DNA of 64,000 nt from Eledone cirrhosa. Its lineage: Eukaryota. Location: positions 350,734,001-350,798,000 of the forward strand of contig OZ024741.1 in assembly GCA_964016885.1 (NCBI GenBank), read 5' to 3'. The translations under genes and the position numbers were made by a program. Shown here one piece after another: positions 1-12,802 of the stretch (within the stretch, counting starts at the first letter, position 1; each line of letters opens with the position of its first letter). The notes beneath the pieces are model-generated. The model did no database searches and was not told where the DNA came from. It saw only the letters and a program-made list of their open reading frames with translations.

Positions 1-1246
1 AAACCAACAAAGGCGACGGCCTACTACCAACGCCTTCCAACCAACATCTTCGTGTACATAAACATGGAAGAGGTAGAAGGAGTGCACCCGAGCATAAAGT
101 GAAAGGGGCACCGAACGGGCGACAGCGCATTAACACACATAAGAGCGATCACTTAGATGGAAACACCCGTAGCAAAAGTACAAGGACACGTAATCGCCAC
201 CGTAACGTCCTATGGTTCAACCCCCCCCCCCCTACTCTCGAAGTGTAGCCTCCAACATACCCCGGATATTCTTCGAAGCCTTAGAGAAGAACTTCCCACC
301 CAACCATAGGTATAGAAAAATTCTTAATAGGAACAATATAAAAATATCCTTCTCTACTACTCCTAACCTAGCAGACATCATAGGAACAACGAACCACAGT
401 AAGATCACCAAGACACAGCACCTCGACACAGACGCACCTACACCTGACAATAACTATATCGGCCTTAACAACTCCCTGACAGCATCCAATAGTGTTGGCA
501 GCGGCATCCGCAGACGCAACCAGAATGACCGCGAAGTGACTGGGGAACATGCAGAACATGACGTGCGGAATAACAATCGCACCATCCCGCGTGCTGTGGG
601 TTGTAATTGTGCTAACGACAGCTGCGGTAGCGTAGGTAACAACGTAGGCAGCAATAATGATAGCCTTACCGTGGGAAATAGACGGAACCGCGACAGAAAT
701 TGCAACTGCCGCGACAGAGGACGCTGCCCCCTTAGAGGATACTGCTTGACTGATAGGGTTATATATAGATGCACTATTACTAGCCACAATAGCGTTAAAC
801 ATTATATAGGGGCCACCTCCGGCCCGTTCAAAATTAGGTTTCGAACACATCTCCACTCTTTCACAAATAGAAAACTAAGGCACTCCACTACGCTCGCGGA
901 CTACATCACATCACTAAAGGACTTAAACATCAGCTTCTCCACGCACTGGGAGATTGTCGGCAGGGCTGCACCGTACAACTTCAAGAGGAAATGCGATCTT
1001 TGCCTCATGGAGCTCTACCACATCATAACTGCACCCCACGAGCTCATCAACAGCAGAGCTGAAACAGCGATAAGTTGTACACATCGCTTAAAAATATCCT
1101 TCTTTAGATGGGTTAAGAATGAAGAGTGAAATAGTACACTGGATCTCCCTGCAACAAGTCTTAACACCCCGGCGGGCAGGCGCAGCAAAATAACACCCAG
1201 AAAACAATCCTTGCATACCAGACCCAGCCTCAGACAAACGGATGCG

Positions 1247-1279
<33 letters not shown>

Positions 1280-1526
1280 ATCCAGGAAAGACTGCCCTAA
1301 CACCGGCCAGAGTTACCTCCCTTGATCTGCTGCAAAATCAAAACAAGATATTTTTGCGAGCAATGAATCTTGATGTAGATTTAACCCCAAAACTCTTTCC
1401 GAACTATATAAGGAACACTTGTGATTATTTATGCCCTTGAGAAGCCCAACTGGGCGAAACGTACGTAGGTGATATTTTAAATAAACATGTTTTAACGGTC
1501 TATTCTCCGATTTTTTACTTTCCCAC
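1..1526 (+). mobile_element. Penelope-like element (PLE) 3' part: linker plus GIY-YIG endonuclease, then 3' UTR/pLTR running into (TA)n
   Basis: ORF 212-1129 has PPYS..VASNI, FPPNHRYRKILNRNNIKISFS, CNC..C PL.GYC and VIYRC..YIGAT..FK.RF..H..SF, ending CDLCLME..I..LINSR.E..C.H. This is the classic Penelope GIY-YIG C-terminus. The WFNPPY motif is split by a frameshift in the poly-C near 220. Confidence 0.9.
1433..1470 (+). ncRNA. Minimal hammerhead ribozyme variant (U3-A8 core) in the PLE 3' region
   Basis: gccc-TTGAGAA-gccc(aact)gggc-GAAA-cgtacg-TA-ggt. Stem II is perfect, stem III is palindromic and stem I is short and imperfect. Confidence 0.7.
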
Positions 1527-1574
<48 letters not shown>

Positions 1575-1581
1575 ACACATA

Positions 1582-2580
<999 letters not shown>

Positions 2581-2744
2581 TATATATATATATATATACA
2601 CACACAGACACATAAAAATACTTACATACAGACACATCTATAATATAAGAATAGAATATAAATAAATTACTTAGACAAAAAATATAGAAATGCATACATA
2701 GTTATCCGTCCATATAAGGGTATATAAACTTATATAGAATAGAG

Positions 2745-2945
2745 ACGTCCAGAGTTGACACTACACTCAGTGCTCCTGTGGGAGCCCGTGCATGGACACG
2801 TGGAAGAGGAAGATCGAATTTGACATATGTTGATGCCCTAAAGACAGACTCTGATCTCTTGGAGACGCAGGGCATGGCAACGATGATGAGGGACAGAGAC
2901 CACTGGAGAGAACTCGTCCATGGATCTTGGGAATTTTACCCGCCC
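2745..2945 (+). mobile_element. RTE-like LINE 3' fragment
   Basis: RGRGRSNLTYVDALKTD..MMRDRDHWRELV is a typical RTE ORF C-terminal tail. Confidence 0.6.
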
Positions 2946-2969
2946 TATATATATATATGCTGTATATAC

Positions 2970-4490
2970 AAGATACGCAGGAAAATATGGAGAAAGGTGG
3001 TTGGAAGCTAAAGGACCTTTCGGTTGAATATAGATTTAGAAAGGCCCTCGGGATGCATTTGATGAGAGCGGTGACGTGCTAGGTCCACATAACGTAGAGG
3101 ACAATTGGGAGTTCTTGCGTGAAAACCTTCTGAGAACTACTGATGACACTTGTGGCTGGAGTAAAATGCCAGCGAGACAGAGGGTGACCTGGTGGTGGAA
3201 CACCACAGTGGATAGAGCCATTAAAAGACAGGAATGGAAAGACTGGGAAAATGGGGGTAGCAGAGACCAATATCAGGTATCTACGAGAGAAGCTAGACAA
3301 CAGGTATACACGGCTCGAAAGAGGCTGAAAAAAGAAAGATTGCCAATGTCTTGGGACGTGAGGATCAGGGATGTTAAGTGTTCCACATTACAAGGCAGTG
3401 TGTCAGTATAAATCGGGATGTTGTTGGGAAAAAGTGTGCTCGAAATGACACTGGTGCACTTAGCACCACTGATACTCAAAAGAAAGAGGCCTGGAAATGT
3501 TACTACGAGAGACTGATGAATGGGAGGAGGAGAGACTACCCCCAACTTACCCAACAGAAGGACCATCTATTGAAGTTAACAGTTATAGGATCAAAGAAAC
3601 AATCAAGGAGATGAAGAATGGTAAAGCTGCGGGGCCGTCAGAGATAGTTGCTGAGATGATAAAAGTACTGGAAGAAGTAGGAGTCGAACTAGTAACCCGC
3701 ATGGTCAATCAAGTAATACAGGACGGAATTCATACCCAATTACTGGCGCAGCAGTCCAATCGTAAATTGCTACAAGATGCCTGGGAAAAGTACTACAGAT
3801 GTCCTCTTTTTAGTGAGGCAACTACAAGAAAGGTTCCTAGCCAAGATTTAGAAAAAGCCTTTGACAGAGTACCTCGATCTATTATCTGGTGGTCCTTAAG
3901 GAAATTAGGTGTAAAAGAATGGCTTGTGAAAGCGATGCAAGCCATGTATAGAGGAGCTGTCAGTAAAGTGAGAGTAGGAAGTGAGATTAGTGAGGAATAC
4001 AAGGTACAGTTAGGAGTTCATCGGCGTTCAGTTCTTAGCTCACTGCTATTCATCATAGTTATCCAGGCTATAACAGAGGAGATTAAGACTAGCTGTCCAT
4101 GGGAACTTCTCTGTGCGACTGATCTGGTCCTTTTAACTAAATCTATAAAAGAACTAGAAAATAAGTTGCGGCTATGGAAACAGAATTTGGATTCAAAATG
4201 TCTGAGAGTAAACTTAGCTAAAACTAAAGTGGTAGTGAGTAGGAAAGAAGATAGTGACTGTGATTCTCTCAGGGAAATGGTCTTGCCCAATATGTAGAAA
4301 AGGAATAGGTATAAACTCTATAAGATGTTCACAATGTAAATCTTGGGTACAGAAGAGATGTAGTGGGATAACGGGTAGACTAACAGGAAGGTTGGATTTC
4401 GTATGTAGAAGGTGCACAGGGGTAATCGAGGGGAAGAGCGTCAGTGATATAAACCTTTTCCAGTCACAGGAAGGGTCCATAGAAGTGGTG
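2970..4490 (+). pseudogene. Degenerate RTE-clade LINE fragment (RT and PHD-like finger), same family as 37900-41450
   Basis: VTWWWN, MKNGKAAGPSEIVAEM, DLEKAFDRVPRSIIWWSLRKLGV, GVH..SVLS.LLF and WSCPICRKGIGINSIRCSQCKSWVQKRCSG, with several frameshifts. Confidence 0.88.
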
Positions 4491-4519
4491 ACATTTCTTC
4501 TTTTATTCTTTTACTGATA

Positions 4520-4555
<36 letters not shown>

Positions 4556-4559
4556 GAGG

Positions 4560-4656
<97 letters not shown>

Positions 4657-5124
4657 GTAGGAAAAACGAGAAAAAAATACGAAGAAAAAAGACCACCGAG
4701 AAAATTAAGATTGCGTTAGAAATGACAAGAAGATTGAAATGTACGTAAGAAGGATTACCTGGTGTGTAGCTGGAAGAGATTTAACAATAACAACATCCAA
4801 CAGGGAAACTGCTTGGAATATTCCTTAGAAGTGAACAATGAATGAATGGTTGAACACTGATATAACAACAAACAGCAGCAGTGGAAGTAGAAGGGGTGGA
4901 GCCATTTGTAGGGGGGCGTGTTGGAATAGGTGGCAGTTTGTGTACGTGCGTATATATGCTGCAATATAAACTTTAAAGAAATTTAATGCTAATTACTCAC
5001 AAGGACCACGAGTATTTCAAATTAGAAGGAAAAGTAACAAAAGTTTCTTGAATGCAGCCTTATTATATTACAAGTGACTTAATGCGACATTTAAACATCA
5101 AACACACGCACAAAAGCTATTCAT

Positions 5125-5221
<97 letters not shown>

Positions 5222-5463
5222 ATTGTAAAATCGAATCTCTGGTCGGCCTACTTATGAGGTGATGAGTTAGCAAAGCACTCGATAAGTTAGGTCCTTAGAG
5301 TGATAACATACGTTTAAATAGCTTGACAAATCTAACATTGTGGTAGGCAAAATCTAACCCACAATAACATACCAAAGTAACGATAGAACTAACGGTATAA
5401 CTGATAAAAACTTACACTTGTTTCGATTCTAACTAAACATCGGTTTGTGTGTGTGTGCACTCG

Positions 5464-5529
<66 letters not shown>

Positions 5530-5781
5530 GGTTGTCTTTACGGCAGTGTCAGTTTATGAGTCCCTTAACTTCAAGGCGGTTGCAGTCTAATCACTGAAAT
5601 CAATAAAATTATATATATATATATATATATATAATTTTAGACCCATGCTAGCGTGGAAAATGGACGTTAAACGACGATGATGATGATGATGATATCCCAC
5701 TCTCAAGCGTGAAACTAATATTAACATGTTGTACTGCCTCTTCACTTCCACGTTGTTTTTTTGTTTTTTGTTTACTGTCTC

Positions 5782-5855
<74 letters not shown>

Positions 5856-6020
5856 ACTATAATATATATATATATATGTACGTCAATACTCATCTTTTTC
5901 CATTTATCGAGGGTTCTAAACCCCATTATCACTCTAAAATTTCTTTAGTAAAAAATACGGTGAAAGCTATTCTATTTTCTAATTTCAAACCTGCTCACTG
6001 TTTCAAAACATACTTACGTG

Positions 6021-6084
<64 letters not shown>

Positions 6085-6088
<4 letters not shown>

Positions 6089-6837
6089 ATAAATTAACGG
6101 AGCCATAGACTCTCGCTATTCCCTGTCAATAATGTGCTCAAAGGAGAAGGAATCCTAAGCTCTTTAAAATATAATATGTTGAAAAGGTAACACACTAGAG
6201 AGAGATACAGTGCGCTATCAATAAAACAGGGAAAAACCACCAGTGTATGGAATCTATAACCTATGAAAGGCAGGGTAGACACACGATAATTAAAAATATA
6301 AATTAAAGTGTATATACATACCTCTATAACTATATAACACACGTACAAATCCAAAGAGATCCGTTTCGCCAGAAAGTTGTTGACTGAAATGAAGTAGCCC
6401 ATGGTTCATCAGCGTGTGTAAGGCCAGACAACTCGAAGAGAATTTAAAGCGACCGTCCAGCTACACGTGGGAGAGAGATGTCACAGCGTGTTTAGGGCAG
6501 TGAACCAGTGGTGTCTGAGGGACGAGCTGCTAGAAAGGGCAGCCCAAAACCACTCAGAGGAGTGTGCTCAACCAAACAGAGAAAGAGGAAAGACTGTTAT
6601 AAGGAGCGAAATATCACGATAAATTAACGGAGCCATAGACTCCCGTGATATTTCGCTCCTTATAACAGTCTTTCCTCTCTCTCTGTTTGGTTGAGCACAC
6701 TTCTTTGAGTGGTTTTGGGCTGCCCTTTCTAGCAGCTCGTCCCTCACACACTACTGGTTCACTGCCCTAAACACGCTGTGACATCTCTCTCCCACGTGTA
6801 GCTGGACGGTCCCTTTAAATTCTCTTCGAGTTGTCTG
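6085..6837 (-). mobile_element. ORF-less PLE/retrozyme-like cassette in (TA)n: ~28-bp direct repeat 530 bp apart plus ~195-bp inverted arms
   Basis: cacgataaattaacggagccatagactc occurs at 6085 and 6615. 6425-6618 is the near-perfect reverse complement of 6644-6837. There is an internal HHR and (TA)n on both sides. Confidence 0.75.
6337..6419 (-). ncRNA. Type I hammerhead ribozyme
   Basis: Reverse complement reads acacacg-CTGATGA-acca..tggc-GAAA-cggatc(tctttg)gatttg-TA-cgtgtgt, giving a 7-bp stem I, a 6-bp stem III with GU pairs and a GUA cleavage triplet. Confidence 0.85.
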
Positions 6838-6909
<72 letters not shown>

Positions 6910-7055
6910 TATGAAATAATACAGCCAATTTTCCACACAATACATTTAGTTAGCACCCCGAACGTTTAATTAGGAATATACTCACTTATTTCCTAATGTT
7001 TGTTGAGTGAGTTGGAATTTGACCGGAGTATCGCTAAAAGCTTTCTCCGATGATG

Positions 7056-7105
<50 letters not shown>

Positions 7106-7109
<4 letters not shown>

Positions 7110-7234
7110 AACCAGTAAGACCCCGACAGCTGAGCTCAAGCCGTTTCGACGGCTAATTCTGGACTGAATTAGCTAGTCCAGAATTAGCCGTCGAAACGGC
7201 TTGAGCTCAGCTGTCGGGGTCTTACTGGTTCCTA
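7106..7234. repeat. Perfect 60-bp-arm hairpin containing the 3' half of a hammerhead (5'-truncated, inverted PLE end)
   Basis: Arms are 7106-7165 and 7175-7234. The right arm reads gtc-GAAA-cggct(tgagctc)agctg-TC-ggggtc. It is flanked by (TA)n, with an extra tail to ~7320. Confidence 0.8.
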
Positions 7235-7314
7235 TTACCCACTCTACTACCTCAAGTATTGAGTACTTTGGTGCGTTATGGTCCACCTGGTTCCTTACCA
7301 CATTTCCTTCGTTA

Positions 7315-7382
<68 letters not shown>

Positions 7383-7424
7383 TAACAGGAGGCTGGACTT
7401 GTGTAAATCATTGAAAGGTTTATT

Positions 7425-7482
7425 ATACTATGATCATTTCAATGACCGGGTTCCGTATGAATCCGGTGATATCATCAGGTAT
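7425..7482 (-). ncRNA. Minimal hammerhead ribozyme
   Basis: Reverse complement reads atac-CTGATGA-tatcaccgg..ccggtcatt-GAAA-tgatca-TA-gtat, with a palindromic stem III. It lies ~50 bp from (TA)n. Confidence 0.75.
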
Positions 7483-7929
7483 TTGAAATATAATAAATGA
7501 ATGTAACAGATAAAATGCATGGGGCTGAAAATCATAGACCCGAGGACGACCGACCATCCAGCGTCTTCCACTTTAGCCGGTCGCCCTCAAGTGCTGGCTA
7601 TTCGGTCTACTTAAGGCTATCTGGTGAGGGGGCGAAAGCTTATAATGTGCTACTAACCTCCCGGTCAAAGGGAAAAAAAAGACAGAAAGAAAGAAGAAAA
7701 GTCAGCGTAAATGTCATGCTACAATCAGGCTAGGAATTGCCGCGAAAAATGTTATTCTAAAGAACCTATATCTTAACAGAGGTATATATTATAACAGAGG
7801 TATATATAGTGGCGTCTGCATGGTATAATGTGTGAACAGAAAATAGGAATGTTAAATTTTTGTTTAGCTTTATAAGATGAAATTAAAAAAATAAAATTAA
7901 AGATTAAAATCATAAAATTAAAAAAATTT

Positions 7930-8040
7930 GAAAATAACAACACAATCGGTACAGTATATGGAAGGGAAATATTAGGTTAACGCTTGATATAGCAGGAAGA
8001 GGGTCTTAAAGTTTCGGACTCTAGTCCTTCATCAGAAGAA
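7930..8040 (-). mobile_element. PLE-like terminal fragment with degenerate HHR core; related partial copy at 42609-42705 (+)
   Basis: Reverse complement reads CTGATGA-aggac(taga)gtcc-GAAA-ctttaagac. The downstream sequence matches 42609-42705, which also sits between TA-rich tracts. Confidence 0.55.
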
Positions 8041-8096
8041 AGAATGAGAAATAAGGTAGATTGAAGGGACGGGTGGGATGGAATTGGAAAAAATGT

Positions 8097-8141
<45 letters not shown>

Positions 8142-8554
8142 CACACACACAGTCGCTCAATGAAAAAGAAACAAAGAATATATTGCTTATCTATTAAATG
8201 GAGAATATTATTTAGTCTTATCACACGATACACCCAGTAATTGCTCCACCACCTCTAAATTGTTACTTATATATCTATGCTTGATATCCTCAAAGCAATT
8301 TCCAAATACATATAAAATGTTATCAATTTTGATATTAGTAACCACAAAGTGTAGCATTATTGACCTTGTTATATAGGTTATACGTGAGGCGGTGGACTTT
8401 TTTATGTTTAAAGGCTGCATTAAGTTACTTGTAATATAATAAGGCTGCACTCAAGAAACTTTTGTTACTTCTCCTAATTTGAAATACTCATGGTCCTTGA
8501 GTGATGAGCATTCAATTTCTTTAAATTTGATATTGCAGCATTACGAATTAAGCA

Positions 8555-8810
8555 ACACTCCTGCTGCACTTCGGGCCGAGGAGGGCAAACTCTCCAAGTA
8601 TCGGTCGCTCTCCGACAGGTTTGCGGTCGTGCTCCTAGCAGTGGAGACTTCTGGTGTCCTTGGCCCTAGGGCTACCTCCCTACTTACCACCATAGGCGCT
8701 GAGCTGGCTAGCCGCAGGTATGAGCCTCGCGAGATAGAAAGGCTCTTCCAGCGCACATCCCTTACCATCCTCCGGGGAAACGCCTTCTCCATTCTGTCCG
8801 CCGGGGCCGT
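8555..8810 (+). mobile_element. CRE-like non-LTR retrotransposon 3' end (RLE C-terminus)
   Basis: AEEGKLSKYRSL..F..LAVETSGVLGPRA..L...LFQRTSLTILRGNAFSIL is a characteristic RLE C-terminal motif. Confidence 0.7.
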
Positions 8811-9621
8811 GGGCGGCCAGCACGTGGGACCCCATTTGCTTATAATACAGAGAGATGGAGAGGGTGAGAGAGATGGAGGCGATGACAGTGGGAGTTCGGC
8901 TCTTCCGTGTTCGGACCTGGTGTGCAGTGGCAGTTGTTCGTAGGGAGGTAGTGGTTTGTACTTAGCGAAGGTTTTTAGAACCTTGTGTTTGCGATTCCTG
9001 TATGTATTATTATTCCCACTTATAAGTTGAGAAGTCACATTTTGAAATCCTTTATCTCACTTTGAATTGACAAGGTCTTACTTTAAACTAATACGGCCTC
9101 ACTTAGAATTATAAATAACTGTAGTTATTTATCAGTTTCTAAGTCGTGTTTCACATTTAAATGTGGTTGACAGACACAAAATAATACTGCAGTTCCCAAT
9201 CTTCACTAAAGCTTCTGTTTTCTTCCTTCGGCGTTCTCTTGGAATTCTTTGACATGACAGGCTGTTATACTATATTTTGTCAGAAAATACACAGGTAAAC
9301 AAATAAAGTTTTTTTTTTTTAATTCTACGTCAAATGGTAATCCACATACACAATTGTCAAATTTTGATAATCACTGGTCTACTAAATCCCTACAGGTTCT
9401 CACCGACCAGCCTCAGGTGATAGTAGCTCCAGTCAAGCGGGAATTTAATGTACATTCTAGAATCACATTAGAACTAAAACATGAGCATAAGAAGTGTTGA
9501 AATGACCTTTATGATCTACTAATATTTAATTCTGGCTGTCTATCAGTGTGGATTATTTCGTTGAATTTTCTTTTACTCTTTGCTATTTAAAATACGTTTA
9601 ACTTCTGGTTTAAGTTAAATA

Positions 9622-9809
9622 ATTGTTTCTACTTTTGGCACAAGGCCAGCAATTACCCAATGCATTACTGGTACTTTATTTTATCAACCCCGGAAGGATG
9701 AAAGGCAAAGTTAACCTCGGCGGGATTTGAACTCAGATCATACAGGGAGGTAACTCTATGCTTCAAAGCATGGCATCCGACCCTCTACCGATACTGCCAA
9801 TCCACCGCC
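9622..9809 (-). mobile_element. tRNA-type SINE with TSD (family also at 21172-21345, 25121-25285, 46060-46270)
   Basis: B-box-like gagttcaaatccc, conserved core gaggttaactttgcctttcatcctt..gtacca and a flanking tttaagttaaa duplication. Confidence 0.8.
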
Positions 9810-10956
9810 TTTAAGTTAAAATAATAATAATATTTTTTAATCTTTATGCTTTTATCTATCTCTCTATAGATAAAAGCATGTTAATAAAAATGAAAGGAAA
9901 GGAAAAAAGAAAAAAACACACACACGCAAGCAGGTTTAGGAGATTAGTATCGGTGTACATATAAAATTATTACAAAAGACAGTAAATACCGGTGTGTGTT
10001 CTGATAATGTTTTTACTTCATAGAAGTCAAAGGTATTAAATATAAATGAGTCGTTACCCGATGGTCCAGATCTTTTCTCGCTGGTATTAACATCTTAGGC
10101 TCTCAGGCTGCAAGTTGCATTGTTCTTGGTAGCGAAAGATTATCAAAAGGGAATCATCTCAGGCTAAGGTCGCAGGTGTTACCACTTCGGAAATCAGGAG
10201 GCAAGAGAGAGATATCGTGGTGACCTGTTCCTTTTATAGGAAGTGACCGGAAGTGACCAACAGGGAGTCTGTCAATCCCAAAGGGAAGCAACTCCAGCTA
10301 CTTCCTGTCTAGAGAGCGGTGATGAGATTATCATGACAAGGGAGGCAACTCTTGCTACATTATCCCCCGCTAGATTTTTAAAACATAAAAATCGAATGAA
10401 GCATGCATGGAGTAAGATGGCGAGCATGTAAGAGGCATGAAAATTATGGTACAATGTAATAAAAGTAAGAGAAGAGGTCAAAAGTTCAAATATCTAAAAT
10501 ACAGTTCACATGTGTGCAATCACATGACAGCAGTAAAGAATGTGTTCCAGAGAATGAATGCAGGTGGTTTCTGGTCTGTGGTATAACATGAAATTTCCAA
10601 CTTCCGAAGGGAAGTGCTGCAGAAATAAATTGTCTGGCTTGTTCTGCTGGTTTTAGTTGTTGATGAAGCTGTGTTGTTGTTGTTGATGTTGTGAATGCGT
10701 TGACCTGGAAGGGTCAAGAGGCCAGCGACCAGAGAAATAAGCATTCTTAATAAATGCGCGGTTTTCAACGCAAATTTACGTGGTAAATTTATAAACCGGC
10801 AAATAGAAGAATATAGCTTAAAATGTTCGTTGTAAAGGAAACGAAAAACATATATATAAATCCAGTGAAATGGTAATGAGAGGTACATTGTAATACAATA
10901 AATCAATAAATAACAAGAACAGCAAAACAAATATATATAAGGCTCCAATGGCCAGT

Positions 10957-12800
10957 TCACATAAAAATAGTTTGGCAGAACTTTTTGGGCCAGTGGACTC
11001 TCCGACCGGAACGGGTCGTAGTCTTGTATGTAGGTGAAGGTGGGGCAGAAGGAGCAGGTGTATGCACAAGAGGGAAAGATTGGGGTATTTGTGGCTCGGG
11101 TGTATGAGCGTCATTGTGTGCCCTTTTCAGTCTATCCACCGAAATTGTCTCTCTGGACCCCTTAACGTCTACAGTGAAATGTTTGTCAGTACGTGCTAAC
11201 ACACGGTAGGGTCCAGAGTATGGTTGTGTGAGGGGGTGGTCTCACAGCATCGTTCCTTACGAACACATGGGTCCACGAGGCAATAAGGTTGTTGGTTTTC
11301 AGCGTAGAACTGCTGTAAAACTGCTCCCACAGCGGTATCAGATGCATCAACACAAAGCGAAAGCTTGGCCTCTGGTACCGGGTGGGCTAGCAAAGATGAA
11401 CTAGCGAGTGCTGTCTTGGCAGACTGAAAGTCCTGAAGCTGTCCTTGTGTCAAGGAAATGTCTTCATTCTTCTTACGACGATTTTTTAAAATGTCAGTAA
11501 GGGAAGATAGCAAGTTAGCACAATGAGGAACGAAACGCCTATAGAAATTGGTTAGGCCTAAGAAGTGACGCAACTGGTGAAGTGTAGTAGGCGGAGGTAA
11601 CTCCTGTATGGCTTAAACTCGCTGAGAGAGCGGCCTAATACCTTCGGCGTCGATGAGGTGGCCTAAAAAATGTAGGGAAGTGGAACCGAAAACACACTTT
11701 GCAGGATTCACGCGAACGCGGTAATCCTGAAGTCGCCGAAATAAGAGAAGCATGTGGCGCATATGCTCTTCCGGAGAGGAACTAGTGACGAGAATATCGT
11801 CTATGTAGGCATAAACGAAGTCCAGACCACGCGTGACCTCGTCTATGAACCGCTGAAAAGTGCTAGCGGCGTTCCTGAGTCCGAAAGGCATGGTCAAAAA
11901 TTCGAAGGATCCGAAAGGGGTTGTAATCGCCGTTTTCGGAATATCCTCCTTCCTGACCGGAATTTGGTGGTAGGCTCGCACTAAATCTAACTTAGAAAAA
12001 ATCTACCACCCCTGCAGTGAAGATGCAAAATCGTGGAGATGGGGAATGGGATACCTATCCGGGACGGTCATGGCATTTAACCTCCTATAATCCCCAGTGG
12101 GTCTCCAGTCGCCGGAAGTCTTGGGCACCATGTGTAACGGTGAAGCCCAAGGACTCGTAGATGGGCGAATAACGCCCAGCTGCAGCATATGGTCGAACTC
12201 GGACCGTGCTGCCTTTAATTTTTCCGTTGGTAAGCGGCGTGGACGCGAAAACACTGGAGCACCGGTGGTGCAAACGAAATGTTCGGTCGAGTGTGTTGGG
12301 TCAGTGACTCGAAAATTTCCATCCGTGAGCTCCGGGAAAGAACCCAGAAACGCATGGTAGGCGTCTCCAGCGGCAGCGACAAAGAACATGGGGCTGACTA
12401 TTGGAGTATTGGCTTCCTGGCCATGAATTGAAAAGCCGGTGATGTTATCCACCAGGCGTTGGCCACGGACGTCCACAGTTAAGGAGAAGTTGTGGAGGAA
12501 ATCCGCTCCTAAGATGGGATATTGCAAATCGGCAACCGTAAAAATCCACTTAAAATCCCTACGAAGATTTAGGAATCTAAGAGGGAGCGAGATTTGCCCG
12601 TACGTCTTTAAAGACGAGTGGTTAACTGCCTGCAGCGTAACAGATGACTCTATGGGGGTATCTTTCAGGCAATGGACCGGCCAAATACTACAGGAGGCTC
12701 CTGTATCCACGAGGAAACCTTTTCCGGACATTAGGTCATTAATGAAGAAATGGCGGTTTGGTGGCTTTATGTTGAGGTCAACTGTCCCCATCAGAGGACC
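10957..12800 (-). pseudogene. pol: Gypsy pol (PR-RT-partial RH, deletion, IN C-terminal tail)
   Basis: In-frame stop at 12003, frameshift near 11610 and an abrupt junction near 11285 from the RNase H N-terminus to THVFVRNDAVRPPL..GPYRVL. Confidence 0.88.
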
Positions 12801-12802
12801 TC

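Noticed and set aside
5255-5300. Possible hammerhead (gtgatgag..ctcgataag..gtc)
   Set aside because: Both core segments are mutated and there is no convincing stem I or III.
5587-6097. YIYI-rich ORFs here and at other (TA)n/(CA)n tracts
   Set aside because: Artefacts of dinucleotide repeats.
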